DNA of 33,012 nucleotides from an uncultured Candidatus Saccharibacteria bacterium (GCA_964411855.1 CAYPLZ010000001.1:1-33012), one strand, 5' to 3'; positions 1 through 10,403 are shown, counted from the first letter of the stretch. The notes: generated by a model not told the origin, from the sequence alone. Made by a program: numbers and translations.

Positions 1-1
1 A

Positions 2-112
2 ACGACAGTAAAAGATAAAGAAACAGGAAACGAAGCAACTGCCAAATCAATAGATAAAAACAAAAGTGTTGATAGAGCTTGGAAAAAACTTCGCGAAAAA
101 CAAGGCAAATGA
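2..112 (+). CDS. 3' end of an unidentified protein gene (36 codons plus TGA; start lies outside the window)
   Basis: Frame 2 is open from the window edge to TGA at 110-112 (TTVKDKETGNEATAKSIDKNKSVDRAWKKLREKQGK*). A strong hairpin/T-tract terminator follows about 25 nt later. Too short to assign a family. Confidence 0.35.
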   Translation, partial: TTVKDKETGNEATAKSIDKNKSVDRAWKKLREKQGK

Positions 113-133
113 TAGAAAAAAACAACTCTCCAT

Positions 134-173
134 AAAAAAGCTCTCTGCAAAAATAGCAGAGAGTTCTTTTTTT
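134..173. terminator. Bidirectional intrinsic terminator between convergent genes
   Basis: 8-bp stem ctctctgc (141-148) / gcagagag (156-163) with a 7-nt loop. It is flanked by an A-run (134-139) and a T-run (164-173), so a U-tract follows the hairpin on both strands. Confidence 0.7.
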
Positions 174-188
174 CTTCTTATTTAAATA

Positions 189-896
189 TTAAAACCCAGT
201 AAATTCACGAATAGTAGAAACTGGAATAGAAACTACTCTTCCACTTGAAGTCTTTTTATTAATTCCAACTATTTGCCCTTTAATATTAAAGAGTGGAGAT
301 CCTTCCATCATAGTATCTTCAAAGATGTTAGTTTGGATCTCACCATTTGGCTTCGCCTTAACAATTCCTTGATTTACTGTTGTATAAATCTTTTCTACTC
401 CAACTTTTGCACTCAAAAATACTCTTTCTCCTAGTTCTGCATTTTCTCCAAATTCAGCTGTAGACAGATCATCTTTTTCTAATTTTACTAGAGCTAGACC
501 AGATTCTGGATCTCTTTTTAGAATCTGATAAGAAATTTCTTTTCCGTTGATTATAAAGCTATAGGTTGAATTTCTTGGTATTACTTTAGAAAGAGTAACG
601 ATTAGACCATCTGAAGTTAAAACTAATCCGGAACCTTGTAAAAGGCTTCCGGATTGAGTTTTAGTTTTAATGCTAATTACTGCATCATTTACTTTATCAA
701 CTTGTTCTTGAAGCGCAGTGTTTTCCTCAATTACAATCTTTTCTGTTTTCGTAATATTAACAGGCCTATCATCTAGGTTGTACTCTTCAAATAGAGGCTT
801 TTCTACTAAGTAAGACCAAAGAACCTGGTCTGCAAATATACCTCCTACTGCACCAATTACAAAGATGACAATCGTTTTTAGAATAAGTTTTTTCAT
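189..896 (-). CDS. Membrane-anchored HtrA/trypsin-fold (S1C-like) domain protein with no PDZ domain and apparently no catalytic triad
   Basis: N-terminal TM helix (LILKTIVIFVIGAVGGIFA). Collinear by eye with the protease domain of the HtrA at 3611..4939: GSGLVLTSDGLIVT vs GSGFIISKNGMILT, and PLFNIKGQIVGIN vs PLLNNEGEVVGIN. The His, Asp and Ser positions read K, G and E. Confidence 0.6.
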   Translation of the reverse strand: MKKLILKTIVIFVIGAVGGIFADQVLWSYLVEKPLFEEYNLDDRPVNITKTEKIVIEENTALQEQVDKVNDAVISIKTKTQSGSLLQGSGLVLTSDGLIVTLSKVIPRNSTYSFIINGKEISYQILKRDPESGLALVKLEKDDLSTAEFGENAELGERVFLSAKVGVEKIYTTVNQGIVKAKPNGEIQTNIFEDTMMEGSPLFNIKGQIVGINKKTSSGRVVSIPVSTIREFTGF

Positions 897-899
897 AAA

Positions 900-3572
900 T
901 TAAACTGAAGTCGGAACTTTCTTTTTAGCTTTCTTCTTTTTCTTAATTTTTTCAAAAGTAAATTCTCCTTTTTTAGTATCTACTTTAATATTATCTCCTT
1001 CTTCTACTTCTCCAATTACAATTTTCATAGCAAGTGGGTTTAGAACCATCTTTTGAATAGTTCTCTTTAGTGGTCTAGCTCCTAACTCTTTATCAAATCC
1101 TTCTTTGGCAAGTATCTTTTTAACTTTTTCGGTTAAAGTAATACTGATTCCTTTTCTGCCTAATCTCTCTTCTATTTTATCAAGCTCTAATTCTACAATC
1201 TCTTTAATTTGTTCTTTAGTTAGATGGTTAAAGATAATAATGTCATCAATTCTATTTAAGAATTCTGGTCTGAATTCTTCTTTTAATGAATCCATTACCT
1301 TATCTTTAACAGAGCTCTCTTTTTCTTCTTCACTAGCAGAAAATCCTAATTCTCCCATTTGAGCAATTTGCTCTGACCCAACGTTAGAAGTCATAATTAA
1401 AATTGCATTCTTAAAGGAAGCTGTTCTTCCTTTAGCATCGGTTAATCTTCCATCTTCTAAAATCTGTAAAAGCATATTAAAGATTTCAGGATGTGCTTTT
1501 TCAATTTCATCTAAAAGAACTACAGAGTAAGGTCGTCTTCTAACTTTTTCTGTTAATTGTCCTCCTTCATCATGACCAACGTAGCCTGGAGGAGAACCGA
1601 TCATTTTTGATGTAGAATATTTTTCCATGTATTCAGACATATCCAAGCGAATCATTGCATCTTCATCGTTAAAGAGGAATTCTGCTAAGGCTTTAGCAGT
1701 TTCCGTCTTTCCTACGCCTGTAGGACCTAAAAAGATAAATGAACCCATTGGCTTGTCTTCTTCTGCAATTCCTGCTCTAGACCGTCTTATGGCGTCAGAA
1801 ACCGCTTTAATAGCGTCATCCTGCCCAATAACTCTCTCTGATAGAGTTTCTTCCATCCTTTGGAGTTTTTTGGCTTCTTCTTCTAGAAGACGAGTAACTG
1901 GAATTCCAGTCCATCTTGAAACTACTTCAGCTACATCTTCTTCTGTTACTTCTTCTTTTAAAATTGGTCTTTCTTTTTGGAAACGGGTTAATTTTTCTTC
2001 TGCTTCTTTGAGTTCGTTTTCTAATTCAGGAATTTTTCCATACTTAATTTGAGCTACTTTTTGAAGATTAGCTCTTGATTCTTCTTTTTCAACTTCAAAC
2101 CGAGCTGTTTCTAATTCTTTTTTAAGATTTTTAATTTTTAAAATAGTTTCTCTCTCTGATTTCCACTTAGCTTCTAATTCTTTTCTATCTTCTTTTAGGT
2201 TGGCTAATTTTTCTTCGATCTCTTCTAATCTTTTTTTACTTTTTTTGCTATCTTCTTCTTTTATAGCTTGTTTTTCAACTTCTAGTTTTTGAATTTTCTT
2301 TTTTAATTCTTCTAAATCTGCTGGTTCTGATTCAATTTCTAATCTTAAAAGACTCATTGCTTCATCCATTAAATCAATTGCCTTATCTGGTAAAAACCTA
2401 TCATTGATATAGCGAGCAGATAATTCTGCTGAAGCAACTAAAGCAGAGTCTTTAATTTTTACACCATGATGTAATTCATATTTCTCCTTAATTCCTCTTA
2501 AAATTGAAACTGTATCATCAATTGAGGGTTCTTCAACATAAACAGGTTGAAATCTTCTCTCTAATGCTTGGTCTTCTTCAATATGTTTTTGGTACTCTTT
2601 TAAGGTCGTAGCTCCAATAGCACGAAGTTCTCCTTGTCCTAAAGCAGGTTTTAATAGATTAGAAGCATCAATTGCTCCTTCAGCTGAACCTGCTCCAACT
2701 AAAGTATGAAGTTCATCAATAAATAATAAATATTTATCTTGCCCTTCCTTTACTTCTTTAAGTAAAGCCTTAATTCTTTTTTCAAATTCACCTCTGTATC
2801 TTGTTCCAGCTACCATTGAGCCAAGATCCAGACTAATTAATTGCTTCTCTTTTAAACTTTCTGGAACTTGTCCTGAAGCAATCTTTCTAGCTAATCCTTC
2901 AGCTATTGCAGTTTTTCCAACTCCTGCTTCCCCAATTAAGACTGGGTTGTTTTTCTTTCTTCTAGATAAAACCTGCATTATTCTTCTAATTTCATCTTCT
3001 CTGCCAATAACAGGATCTAAGTCTCCTTTTTTAGCCTTCTCAGTTAAATTAATAGCATATTTTTCAATTGCTTGATATTTTGTCTCAGGGCTTGGGTCAG
3101 TCACTTTTCTATTTCCTCTTAATTCCTTTAAAACTTCTTTAGTATTTTGATAAGTTAATTCTCCATCTTCTCCGTCAACTTCTTCAATAATAGTCTTTGC
3201 GTTTGTGTTTGTTGACAGTAAAGCCAAAAACAAATGTTCTACAGAAACAAATTTGTCTCCCATTTGCATTGACTCTTGCTTTGCTTTTGCCAAAACCTTA
3301 CCCATATCTTGAGTAAGATAAAATTGTCCCATATTCTTACTTGGAGTAACAACATTTGGAATTCCTCCTAAAGCATCTTCTGTTTCATTTTTCAATTCAT
3401 CCAAATCAACTCCTAGTTTTTCAATCAAAGTTAAAACAATACTTTCATCTTGATTAAGCAAAGCGTGTAATAGATGTACAGCATCTACTTGTTTTTGTCC
3501 TTTTTCTTTGGCCAAGTTTTGAGCTTTAAGTAAAGCTTCTTGGCTTTTGTTTGTAAAATTTCCTCCTTGCAT
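900..3572 (-). CDS. clpB: ATP-dependent chaperone/disaggregase ClpB
   Basis: 890 aa. Clp N-domain; two AAA+ modules with Walker A GEAGVGKT and GPTGVGKT; long K/E-rich coiled-coil middle domain including the ClpB-typical [13 protein letters not shown] segment. Lys-rich C-terminal tail. Confidence 0.93.
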   Translation of the reverse strand: MQGGNFTNKSQEALLKAQNLAKEKGQKQVDAVHLLHALLNQDESIVLTLIEKLGVDLDELKNETEDALGGIPNVVTPSKNMGQFYLTQDMGKVLAKAKQESMQMGDKFVSVEHLFLALLSTNTNAKTIIEEVDGEDGELTYQNTKEVLKELRGNRKVTDPSPETKYQAIEKYAINLTEKAKKGDLDPVIGREDEIRRIMQVLSRRKKNNPVLIGEAGVGKTAIAEGLARKIASGQVPESLKEKQLISLDLGSMVAGTRYRGEFEKRIKALLKEVKEGQDKYLLFIDELHTLVGAGSAEGAIDASNLLKPALGQGELRAIGATTLKEYQKHIEEDQALERRFQPVYVEEPSIDDTVSILRGIKEKYELHHGVKIKDSALVASAELSARYINDRFLPDKAIDLMDEAMSLLRLEIESEPADLEELKKKIQKLEVEKQAIKEEDSKKSKKRLEEIEEKLANLKEDRKELEAKWKSERETILKIKNLKKELETARFEVEKEESRANLQKVAQIKYGKIPELENELKEAEEKLTRFQKERPILKEEVTEEDVAEVVSRWTGIPVTRLLEEEAKKLQRMEETLSERVIGQDDAIKAVSDAIRRSRAGIAEEDKPMGSFIFLGPTGVGKTETAKALAEFLFNDEDAMIRLDMSEYMEKYSTSKMIGSPPGYVGHDEGGQLTEKVRRRPYSVVLLDEIEKAHPEIFNMLLQILEDGRLTDAKGRTASFKNAILIMTSNVGSEQIAQMGELGFSASEEEKESSVKDKVMDSLKEEFRPEFLNRIDDIIIFNHLTKEQIKEIVELELDKIEERLGRKGISITLTEKVKKILAKEGFDKELGARPLKRTIQKMVLNPLAMKIVIGEVEEGDNIKVDTKKGEFTFEKIKKKKKAKKKVPTSV

Positions 3573-3610
3573 AGTTTTTTAATAACATTTTTTACCTTAA
3601 AAATCAAGGG

Positions 3611-4939
3611 TTATTCACTTGATTTTTCGCCTAAAGTTAGAGATAGATTTACTTCTTTTTCTCCTCTCAGAACAGTTAAAATTACCTGATCTCCTGGTGA
3701 ATAATCCTTAATTATTTCGGCTAATGAATTATCTTTGGTTATTTTTTTATTATCGAATTCTAAAATGATATCGCCTGATTGTAATCCTGCTTTATCAGCT
3801 GCAGATCCTTCAATAACAGCAGGTTCTGATTCTCCTCCTGCAATCAAAGCACCATAATCAACGCTCAAATCCTGTAGTTCTTTAACTTCATCATCTATGA
3901 TAACATATCTTACACCAAGAAAAGCATAACTGATTTTCCCTGTATCTTGGATTTGTTTAATATCTCTTTTTGCTCTATTTATTGGAATAGCGAATCCAAT
4001 ATTCTCTCCTTGAACTGATACTGCAGTGTTTATTCCAACAACTTCTCCTTCATTATTTAAAAGTGGACCTCCGGAATTTCCCTTATTAATAGCAGCATCA
4101 GTCTGAATAACATTTTCAATAGTTTCAACAAATCCTCCTCCACCTGAAGCTGTAATTGTTCTTCCTAATCCAGAAATTATTCCTGAACTTACAGTATTTT
4201 GAAATTCTCCCAATGCATTTCCAATTGCGATAACTGTCTCTCCTATTTTAAGGTTAGAAGAATCTCCTAACTTTAAAACAGGGAGAGAATTACCATTTAA
4301 TTTATTCTCATCATCCACTATTTTAATAATTGCTAAATCTTGTAAAGGATCTTTTGCTAAAACTTTAGCATTAAATTCTCTTCCATCACTACAAAGAACT
4401 GAATATTCTGCTTCTTCATCCATTACTACGTGCTTATTAGTTAAAATCATTCCATTTTTAGAAATTATAAAGCCTGAACCTGATCCTACTCTCTTTTTTC
4501 TAGTCTCTCCATCTTCTGGTCCTTTAATCTCAAAAGGAAGATCCTGAAATGGCTCTAAATAAACTTGACCGCTTACTGGAACTTCTTTTCTTACAATTAT
4601 ACTCACAACTGCAGGAGATGCTTCTTCTACAACATTTATAATCCTTTCTTCATGATTTGGCTCATTTTTATTTTTTAGAATTTCCTTTTCAATAATTCTT
4701 TCTACTTCTTTCGATTGTCTGAAAATCATATTATCTCCTCCAGAGAATAAGCTTCCTCCCCATTCTGTAAAATAATTAAATGAAATCAAACCTCCTAAAA
4801 ATCCAAATAAAGAAGAAAAAAGAACAATTAGAAAAGTAAAGAGAAATATTCTCTTTTTAATAAATTGTAATGAATCCTTCTTCTTTTTCTTCTTTTTCTT
4901 AAAAGGATTTTTTATCTCTGGTAGTTTATATAAACTCAT
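3611..4939 (-). CDS. htrA: HtrA/DegP-family serine protease with a C-terminal PDZ domain and an N-terminal membrane anchor
   Basis: 442 aa. Catalytic contexts TNKHVV (His), QDLAIIKI (Asp) and GNSGGPL (Ser). PDZ-like C-terminus (AGLQSGDIILEFDNKKI). TM helix after a K8 run. Its ATG overlaps the upstream gene's stop as ATGA. Confidence 0.88.
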   Translation of the reverse strand: MSLYKLPEIKNPFKKKKKKKKDSLQFIKKRIFLFTFLIVLFSSLFGFLGGLISFNYFTEWGGSLFSGGDNMIFRQSKEVERIIEKEILKNKNEPNHEERIINVVEEASPAVVSIIVRKEVPVSGQVYLEPFQDLPFEIKGPEDGETRKKRVGSGSGFIISKNGMILTNKHVVMDEEAEYSVLCSDGREFNAKVLAKDPLQDLAIIKIVDDENKLNGNSLPVLKLGDSSNLKIGETVIAIGNALGEFQNTVSSGIISGLGRTITASGGGGFVETIENVIQTDAAINKGNSGGPLLNNEGEVVGINTAVSVQGENIGFAIPINRAKRDIKQIQDTGKISYAFLGVRYVIIDDEVKELQDLSVDYGALIAGGESEPAVIEGSAADKAGLQSGDIILEFDNKKITKDNSLAEIIKDYSPGDQVILTVLRGEKEVNLSLTLGEKSSE

Positions 4940-5643
4940 TTGTCACGATAATGATCAAATTGATATTTTAAAATTTTGCTGTCTTTTACAGGACCTAAAA
5001 AGGTCATATGGGCTCCAGTGTAAATAAATTTCGAGTACAAAAGTAGCCTTCCTTCTTTTTCCATTCTTCTTGCTGAAAAAAGAAGAGGTTTCGTATGGAG
5101 ATATCTTACTTTCCCTATCTTAGCAATCTGTCTCATATAAAAATGGTCTTCTCCAATATCAATGCTTTCATCAAAACCTTTTACTTTTTGGTGTAATTCT
5201 TTTCTAACAAGTATAGCTTGAGCTCCATAAGGTGAAATAAATTGGAAAAGCCTTGCCCATAAATTATAAAAGATATAACAAGCTTTATCAAACAAATTCC
5301 CGTCTACTTTAATTGGAAAACCTGCAGCATCTACTTTTTTCTTTTTAAGTTCATCAATCCCTTTTTTTAAAGCCTTTCCAGGAATTTTTATAAGATCACT
5401 GTCTAAAAACAGAAGTAACTCTCCTTTAGCTGCCTCTGCTCCACTATTTCTTCCCCGAGCTGGAACCCCTCCTTCAACTATTCTACATCCAAACTTTTTT
5501 GCTATTTTTATCGTATTGTCTTCAGATCCTGCATCAGCTACAATTACCTCATAATTATCTATATTCTGGTTTTCTATTTCTTTTAGGGTATTTTCCAAAA
5601 ACTTTTCCTCATTTAAGGTAGGAATAATTATACTAAGCATCAT
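4936..5643 (-). CDS. Family 2 glycosyltransferase (GT-A fold; small, soluble, polyprenyl-phosphate-sugar-synthase-like)
   Basis: 235 aa. Has LSIIIPTLNEE...VIVADAGSEDNT and a DSD (DxD-type) motif in LFLDSDL, typical of GT2. Confidence 0.75.
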   Translation of the reverse strand: MMLSIIIPTLNEEKFLENTLKEIENQNIDNYEVIVADAGSEDNTIKIAKKFGCRIVEGGVPARGRNSGAEAAKGELLLFLDSDLIKIPGKALKKGIDELKKKKVDAAGFPIKVDGNLFDKACYIFYNLWARLFQFISPYGAQAILVRKELHQKVKGFDESIDIGEDHFYMRQIAKIGKVRYLHTKPLLFSARRMEKEGRLLLYSKFIYTGAHMTFLGPVKDSKILKYQFDHYRDK

Positions 5644-5693
5644 CTTTTATTTTAGCTTATTTTAAGTCAATATTATAGGAAAAAAGGCAAAAG

Positions 5694-6686
5694 TCAATTA
5701 AATAGAGTTTTTGCCCTATTCCAAAATTGAGGTTGTCCATGCTTTTCTTTCATCCAGTACCACCATTCAGGCCCCCAGAAATAATACTCATCAAGGTCTG
5801 CCTTCTTAGCAAAATTAATCATTTTATTAAATTGATCTATGTCCATTGTCTTTTTTTGTTCCTCTAGAGAAGTATCATACAAAAGCTTTGGCCCCCATGG
5901 TTCAGCTTGTAATTCAATACAAATTACATCCTTATCAAAAAACTTATCTATAAAATTTGCTCTTCTTTTGTAAAAAATTGGAGTAAGTGGTGAAGTGTAA
6001 TACATTTTAAACTCACTAAACCACATTTTTTTATAAAGGGTTGTCCCTACAATATCCCCTAATTTGGCTGATTTTGTCCAAAAACTCCATTCTCCGCTTT
6101 CTGAAATAATTATAGGACGATCTTTTTCATCAATCTCTCTTACTAAATTAATTTCTTTTTCTAAAAACTCTCTGTCATACCAAGGACATTTTCCAAAAAC
6201 GAAAAATGGCTCATTCTCTACCTGCCAAGCCTTAATAGTCTCATTGTCTTTGTATCTTTTAGTAGTTTTAGTAATTAATTCTTTCACCTCTTTTTGTTGT
6301 TCCTCTTTACTTTTTCCTTCAACCCAATCTGGCAGATGACATTCCGGCCAGCGAGCAGTCTTCATTCCAATATTTAACACCACTTTTGCATTATTTTTTT
6401 TAGCTTCTTCTAATTGCCAATCTATTTTACTAAAGTCATAATCATCTTTTTCCTTTTCTAGCCAATCCCAATGCGTAATAACTCTAATATTTTTTGCATT
6501 TAAATCTTCTAAAATTGCAGAATAGGTTTCTTTCCAGTCTAATCCTAAAGCCTTTGCATGCTTGCTGGAAAAAGCAACTCCCCATTCCACATCTCTAGGC
6601 TTTACTTTTCCAATAAAAAGATAGGTAAAAAGTAAGACAAGGAATAATATTAGAATAAAGATTAAATACTTAAACACTTTTTTCAT
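5694..6686 (-). CDS. Membrane-anchored clan GH-A-like (TIM-barrel) glycoside hydrolase; family uncertain
   Basis: 330 aa. N-terminal TM helix. WDWLEKEKDDYDFSKIDWQLEEAKKNNAKVVL resembles the GH42/GH35/GH5 N-terminal pattern. WQVENEPF is a candidate NEP acid/base motif and ELQAEPWG a candidate nucleophile Glu. Motif-level evidence only. Confidence 0.5.
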   Translation of the reverse strand: MKKVFKYLIFILILFLVLLFTYLFIGKVKPRDVEWGVAFSSKHAKALGLDWKETYSAILEDLNAKNIRVITHWDWLEKEKDDYDFSKIDWQLEEAKKNNAKVVLNIGMKTARWPECHLPDWVEGKSKEEQQKEVKELITKTTKRYKDNETIKAWQVENEPFFVFGKCPWYDREFLEKEINLVREIDEKDRPIIISESGEWSFWTKSAKLGDIVGTTLYKKMWFSEFKMYYTSPLTPIFYKRRANFIDKFFDKDVICIELQAEPWGPKLLYDTSLEEQKKTMDIDQFNKMINFAKKADLDEYYFWGPEWWYWMKEKHGQPQFWNRAKTLFN

Positions 6687-6692
6687 AATTTA

Positions 6693-7598
6693 TTAATTTA
6701 AGAATAATAGGAATAATCCACTGATTAATAATACCACCGCAACTGATTTTTGAATTGCAACCTCTTTATTGAATTTTTCCTTTAAAACAGATGGGAATTT
6801 GAAGGAAAAGATAGCTGCTAAAATTAAAAGGAAAAGATATTTAAATCCTTCCAAAGCATTAATTAAAGGCAAAAAGGCAAGAGGAGCTAAATTAATTGCG
6901 AAGTTTTGTAAAACTGCTCCAGATCCTCCTAATACCTGATTCCCAACTATAATAAGCTTCTTTTTAAGCCCCATTTTCCTTCCGTTTTTTAAAAAAAGAT
7001 TTCTTCTTACATCTTTTGAAAACAAAAAGAGTAACCCCCCAATAAAAGATCCCGAATATACTAAAAGAAAGCCAGACAAAAAACTCTGACTAAGATAAAC
7101 TAACTTTGCTCCAAAGAAGGAAAGAGAAAACAAAAGTGCTGCAGAAATTGCTAAAAACAAGCTTTTAAATACTAACTCTTTCTTTTTTTCTAAGGTTATT
7201 AAAACCGTTCCCCCTATTAACAAAACCAAAGCTGCAATATGATAAAAATTCAATTCTATTGATCCAAAAAGTATACTTGTGAATATAAAGGTGAAAATTG
7301 GTAAAGCTCCGCCTACGGCAGGAACAATCTTTGAAGCATCAAACTCTTGCAAAGCTAAATATAATAAAAATAAGGCAAAAGTTCTAGAAATTCCAGATAA
7401 TAAGGCAATGGCTGTAAGATGAAGACTAACAAATTCTAAGTAACCAAAAGGAACTAAAAGTAAAACCAAACCACTAAAAGCACCAACTATAAAAGCATAT
7501 ACTTTAGGTGGTGCAGCTTGAGTAACAATATATTTGTCAATTAAGTTAGTAACTGCAAAAAGGAAATAAGCTGAAATAGCTATTAATATTGCTTCCAT
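6693..7598 (-). CDS. EamA/DMT-superfamily integral membrane transporter (possible lipid-linked-sugar flippase)
   Basis: 301 aa. About 10 predicted hydrophobic helices in two similar halves, with EamA-like composition. Start overlaps the upstream gene's stop. Confidence 0.6.
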   Translation of the reverse strand: MEAILIAISAYFLFAVTNLIDKYIVTQAAPPKVYAFIVGAFSGLVLLLVPFGYLEFVSLHLTAIALLSGISRTFALFLLYLALQEFDASKIVPAVGGALPIFTFIFTSILFGSIELNFYHIAALVLLIGGTVLITLEKKKELVFKSLFLAISAALLFSLSFFGAKLVYLSQSFLSGFLLVYSGSFIGGLLFLFSKDVRRNLFLKNGRKMGLKKKLIIVGNQVLGGSGAVLQNFAINLAPLAFLPLINALEGFKYLFLLILAAIFSFKFPSVLKEKFNKEVAIQKSVAVVLLISGLFLLFLN

Positions 7599-8863
7599 TA
7601 ACCTATAATTTTCTTAATTTTTTTAACTGCATCTTGTCTTCCCTCAACAAAACCCTCCATTGCAAATTCTGCAAAATATCCTTTCTCTATCCAATTAAAT
7701 AACCATTGGTCTGCATAGCGAGGATTCTTTTGAGTGTTTCCAAAACCAGATTTTAAAATCCATCTCTTATTAAAGTCTTCCTGGGAACCAATAGTCGGAG
7801 CTAAAAGCAAAGGTATTCCAAGTGCGGAATAAAAAGATAATTCACTCGGTTTTGTCCAAAGTATATCAGTTTTTCTTATCCTCTTATTAAACTCTTCAAA
7901 GTAATCATTGATATCTTTCTTATAAAGAATTTCAACATTTTTTTCGATACCTATCTTTTTAATCTGCTTTCTAAAGTGATCCCTTACATCTTTATGAGTA
8001 GCTGCTACTAAGATAATTCTAAGCTCATCTTTTTCAAGCTTTTCTTTTAAATTCTTTACGATTTGAACTCCTATTTCAGATTGAGCACCTGCTCCACCCA
8101 CGGCAAACATTATAGTTAAAGGATGATTACTCTCTGAAGGAAGATTTCCTAATCTAGATTCAATTAGGTCGTAATATTGATCTCTATAATTTCCTTTGGG
8201 ATCTAGATTAACCAATCTATGCTTTAAATCCTCCTTTAAGTGTTCTAGGTTTCTTTCCGGAAGCGGAAATCCAGTTAAATAGATATTAGAGCTATTTACG
8301 CCATATAGTTCTAATCTTTCTTTTACTCTTTCTGTAGGAGCAAAATATTTAATTCTGCTTTTTTTAGAATTTAAAGGAGCCCAGATTCTAGCTATATCTG
8401 TATCACAAACCTGACAATAAATATCATTATCATAATCAAATTCTTCCGCCATAAAAGCAGGAATAAAAAAGGTGGTAATTAAAGGTAAATTCTTTTCTTC
8501 TAATCTATCTATTAAATCCTTTCCCCATCCTTTTGAAATTAAAGAATAATATTGTTTTAAAACTAAATTTGGCTTAGTTAAGTCTCTTTTAGGATAAAAA
8601 GGAAGTATCTTCTGAACAACGTCAAAAGCACCAAAAATCAAATCCCCAATTAAAGGAATTGATTTAAAATTAGAAACAAAATCATAAAACTTTTGCCCTC
8701 TTTCCCAAGTATCTTCATCATCAGTTGGGATTTCTTCGTAATTATTAGCACTAATAATCTTACTGTCTGGTGCTAAATTTCGGAGCGGATAAGAGGCTCT
8801 TTGATGCCCATAGCCCATATCTGTTGTTATTACCCAGGCCTTTTCTCTTTTATCTTTATCCAT
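7598..8863 (-). CDS. GT-B fold glycosyltransferase resembling the MGDG-synthase/UgtP/MurG (GT28) group
   Basis: 421 aa. N-terminal ITTDMGYGHQRA resembles the G-x-G-H motif of MGDG synthase-type enzymes. FAVGGAGAQ and DILWTKPSELSFYSALGIPLLLAPTIGSQEDFN resemble the GT28 C-terminal nucleotide-sugar binding region. Confidence 0.5.
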   Translation of the reverse strand: MDKDKREKAWVITTDMGYGHQRASYPLRNLAPDSKIISANNYEEIPTDDEDTWERGQKFYDFVSNFKSIPLIGDLIFGAFDVVQKILPFYPKRDLTKPNLVLKQYYSLISKGWGKDLIDRLEEKNLPLITTFFIPAFMAEEFDYDNDIYCQVCDTDIARIWAPLNSKKSRIKYFAPTERVKERLELYGVNSSNIYLTGFPLPERNLEHLKEDLKHRLVNLDPKGNYRDQYYDLIESRLGNLPSESNHPLTIMFAVGGAGAQSEIGVQIVKNLKEKLEKDELRIILVAATHKDVRDHFRKQIKKIGIEKNVEILYKKDINDYFEEFNKRIRKTDILWTKPSELSFYSALGIPLLLAPTIGSQEDFNKRWILKSGFGNTQKNPRYADQWLFNWIEKGYFAEFAMEGFVEGRQDAVKKIKKIIG

Positions 8864-8909
8864 AAAATTTTATGATTTAATTTAATTTCTTTAATTATTT
8901 TACCAAAAA

Positions 8910-10403
8910 TCAGTAAGGATAAAAAGAAAGTGGTTCTCTTTCATTAATTTTAAAAATAAAATAAACCAAAATTACATAAGTTAAAACTAAAAAAGAAAGA
9001 GAAAGGTTGTAATTTACTACAAAAAATTCAAATTGAGAACAAAAATTTACAATCTTAACTACATAATCAACTAATAGATAGACAAAAAGTGATAAAACTT
9101 TCCCCAAAAGAGGCAAAATAGACCCCACTAGAATAAAGATAAATCCTGCTCCTAAAATTAAAGGCAAGAAAGGAACAATTAATATATTAGCCAAAGGACT
9201 AATTATTGAAGCAGAGCCCATCTTAAATAAAAGCAGAGGAAAGACAAAAGTTTGAGCTGATAAAGTAATTGCTAAAATTTCTCTAATTTCAAAAAAATCA
9301 GGTAAAAAACGAAACTTATTCAAAAAGAAAGGAGAAAAATAGGTTATTCCAATTACCGCCAAAAAAGATAGCTGAAAACCTAAACTATATTTTAAAAGAA
9401 GTGGATTAAAAGAAACCATAAGCACAGCTGCAAACAAGAGGGAGCGAAGCGGAGCCTTCATCCTTCCAAATAAAGAAGCTATTTTAATTAATAAGATCAT
9501 AATTGAAGCTCTTATAGCTGAGGCAGGAAAGCCAATCATGGTTAAAAAGAAAAGTAAAAAAATCGTTAATATTAAGAATTCTTTCTTTTTAGAATTTATA
9601 AGGCCACCGATTATTAAAACTAATATTAAAATGTGCATTCCAGAAATTGCAGTAATATGACGAACTCCTGCAAAATTAAGCTTCTTACTTAACTTCCCTT
9701 CGATTCTATCCTTGTCCCCTAATAAAATTGCTCTTAAGATAGTGCTATGGGGTGGAGAAAGATTTGTATAAATTACTTCTCTAAATTTATTTTTAAGATC
9801 TAAAATTTTTGAATAAAAATAATTTCCTTCATTTTTAGCCTTTAATTCAATTTTAGGATAATAGATAGTTCCATAGATTTCTTTAGTTTCTAAATGCTTC
9901 CTATAATTAAAATCTTCAAACTTAGGAGGTTTTTGTAATTTTCCTTTTACTTTTATCTTGTCTCCATACTCATATTCTGGAAGCCTACTTAAAGTAATTA
10001 AAACCTTACCCTCTTCCTTCCTTTTAAAAATATTAACTACTAAATTAATTTTATTATCTTCTTTCTCTACATCTCTTACAACTCCAACAAATTCTACTAA
10101 TTTTCCGCTTTTTTCTCGAAATAAAGAGCTTTCAATTCTTTTATCAATCTTGCTTCTTATTAAGTACCCAAAACTAAAAGAAAAAATTAAAGCTAAGACT
10201 AATAAGATAATTTTAATAAAAATAGTTTTTCTTTTTTTAAAGATTAAAAAGAGAAAAGAGAATAAAAAGAAACTAAAAAGAAAAAACCCCAGAACTAAAT
10301 TCTGGGGTAAATTAATAATTTCGTAGAGAAAAACTGAGATTAAAAAGACAAAGCAAGCATAGAGAAATATTTTATTGAAAGCAATCAGCCTCTTATCTGG
10401 CAT
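8910..10403 (-). CDS. comEC: ComEC/Rec2-family DNA internalisation channel protein (N-terminal OB/DUF4131-like domain plus competence domain; no metallo-beta-lactamase domain)
   Basis: 497 aa, polytopic. FAGVRHITAISGMHILIL matches the conserved ComEC core motif. The length stops short of the usual C-terminal MBL nuclease domain. Its first 19 nt overlap the end of nrdG. Confidence 0.8.
   Translation of the reverse strand: MPDKRLIAFNKIFLYACFVFLISVFLYEIINLPQNLVLGFFLFSFFLFSFLFLIFKKRKTIFIKIILLVLALIFSFSFGYLIRSKIDKRIESSLFREKSGKLVEFVGVVRDVEKEDNKINLVVNIFKRKEEGKVLITLSRLPEYEYGDKIKVKGKLQKPPKFEDFNYRKHLETKEIYGTIYYPKIELKAKNEGNYFYSKILDLKNKFREVIYTNLSPPHSTILRAILLGDKDRIEGKLSKKLNFAGVRHITAISGMHILILVLIIGGLINSKKKEFLILTIFLLFFLTMIGFPASAIRASIMILLIKIASLFGRMKAPLRSLLFAAVLMVSFNPLLLKYSLGFQLSFLAVIGITYFSPFFLNKFRFLPDFFEIREILAITLSAQTFVFPLLLFKMGSASIISPLANILIVPFLPLILGAGFIFILVGSILPLLGKVLSLFVYLLVDYVVKIVNFCSQFEFFVVNYNLSLSFLVLTYVILVYFIFKINEREPLSFYPY

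Noticed and set aside
900-4939. Lysine runs, namely the ClpB C-terminal [11 protein letters not shown] tail and the HtrA N-terminal K8, as possible slippery or recoding sites.
   Set aside because: They are encoded by mixed AAG/AAA codons rather than long homopolymers. They sit at termini where basic tails or positive-inside anchors are plausible. There is no alternative-frame ORF to shift into.
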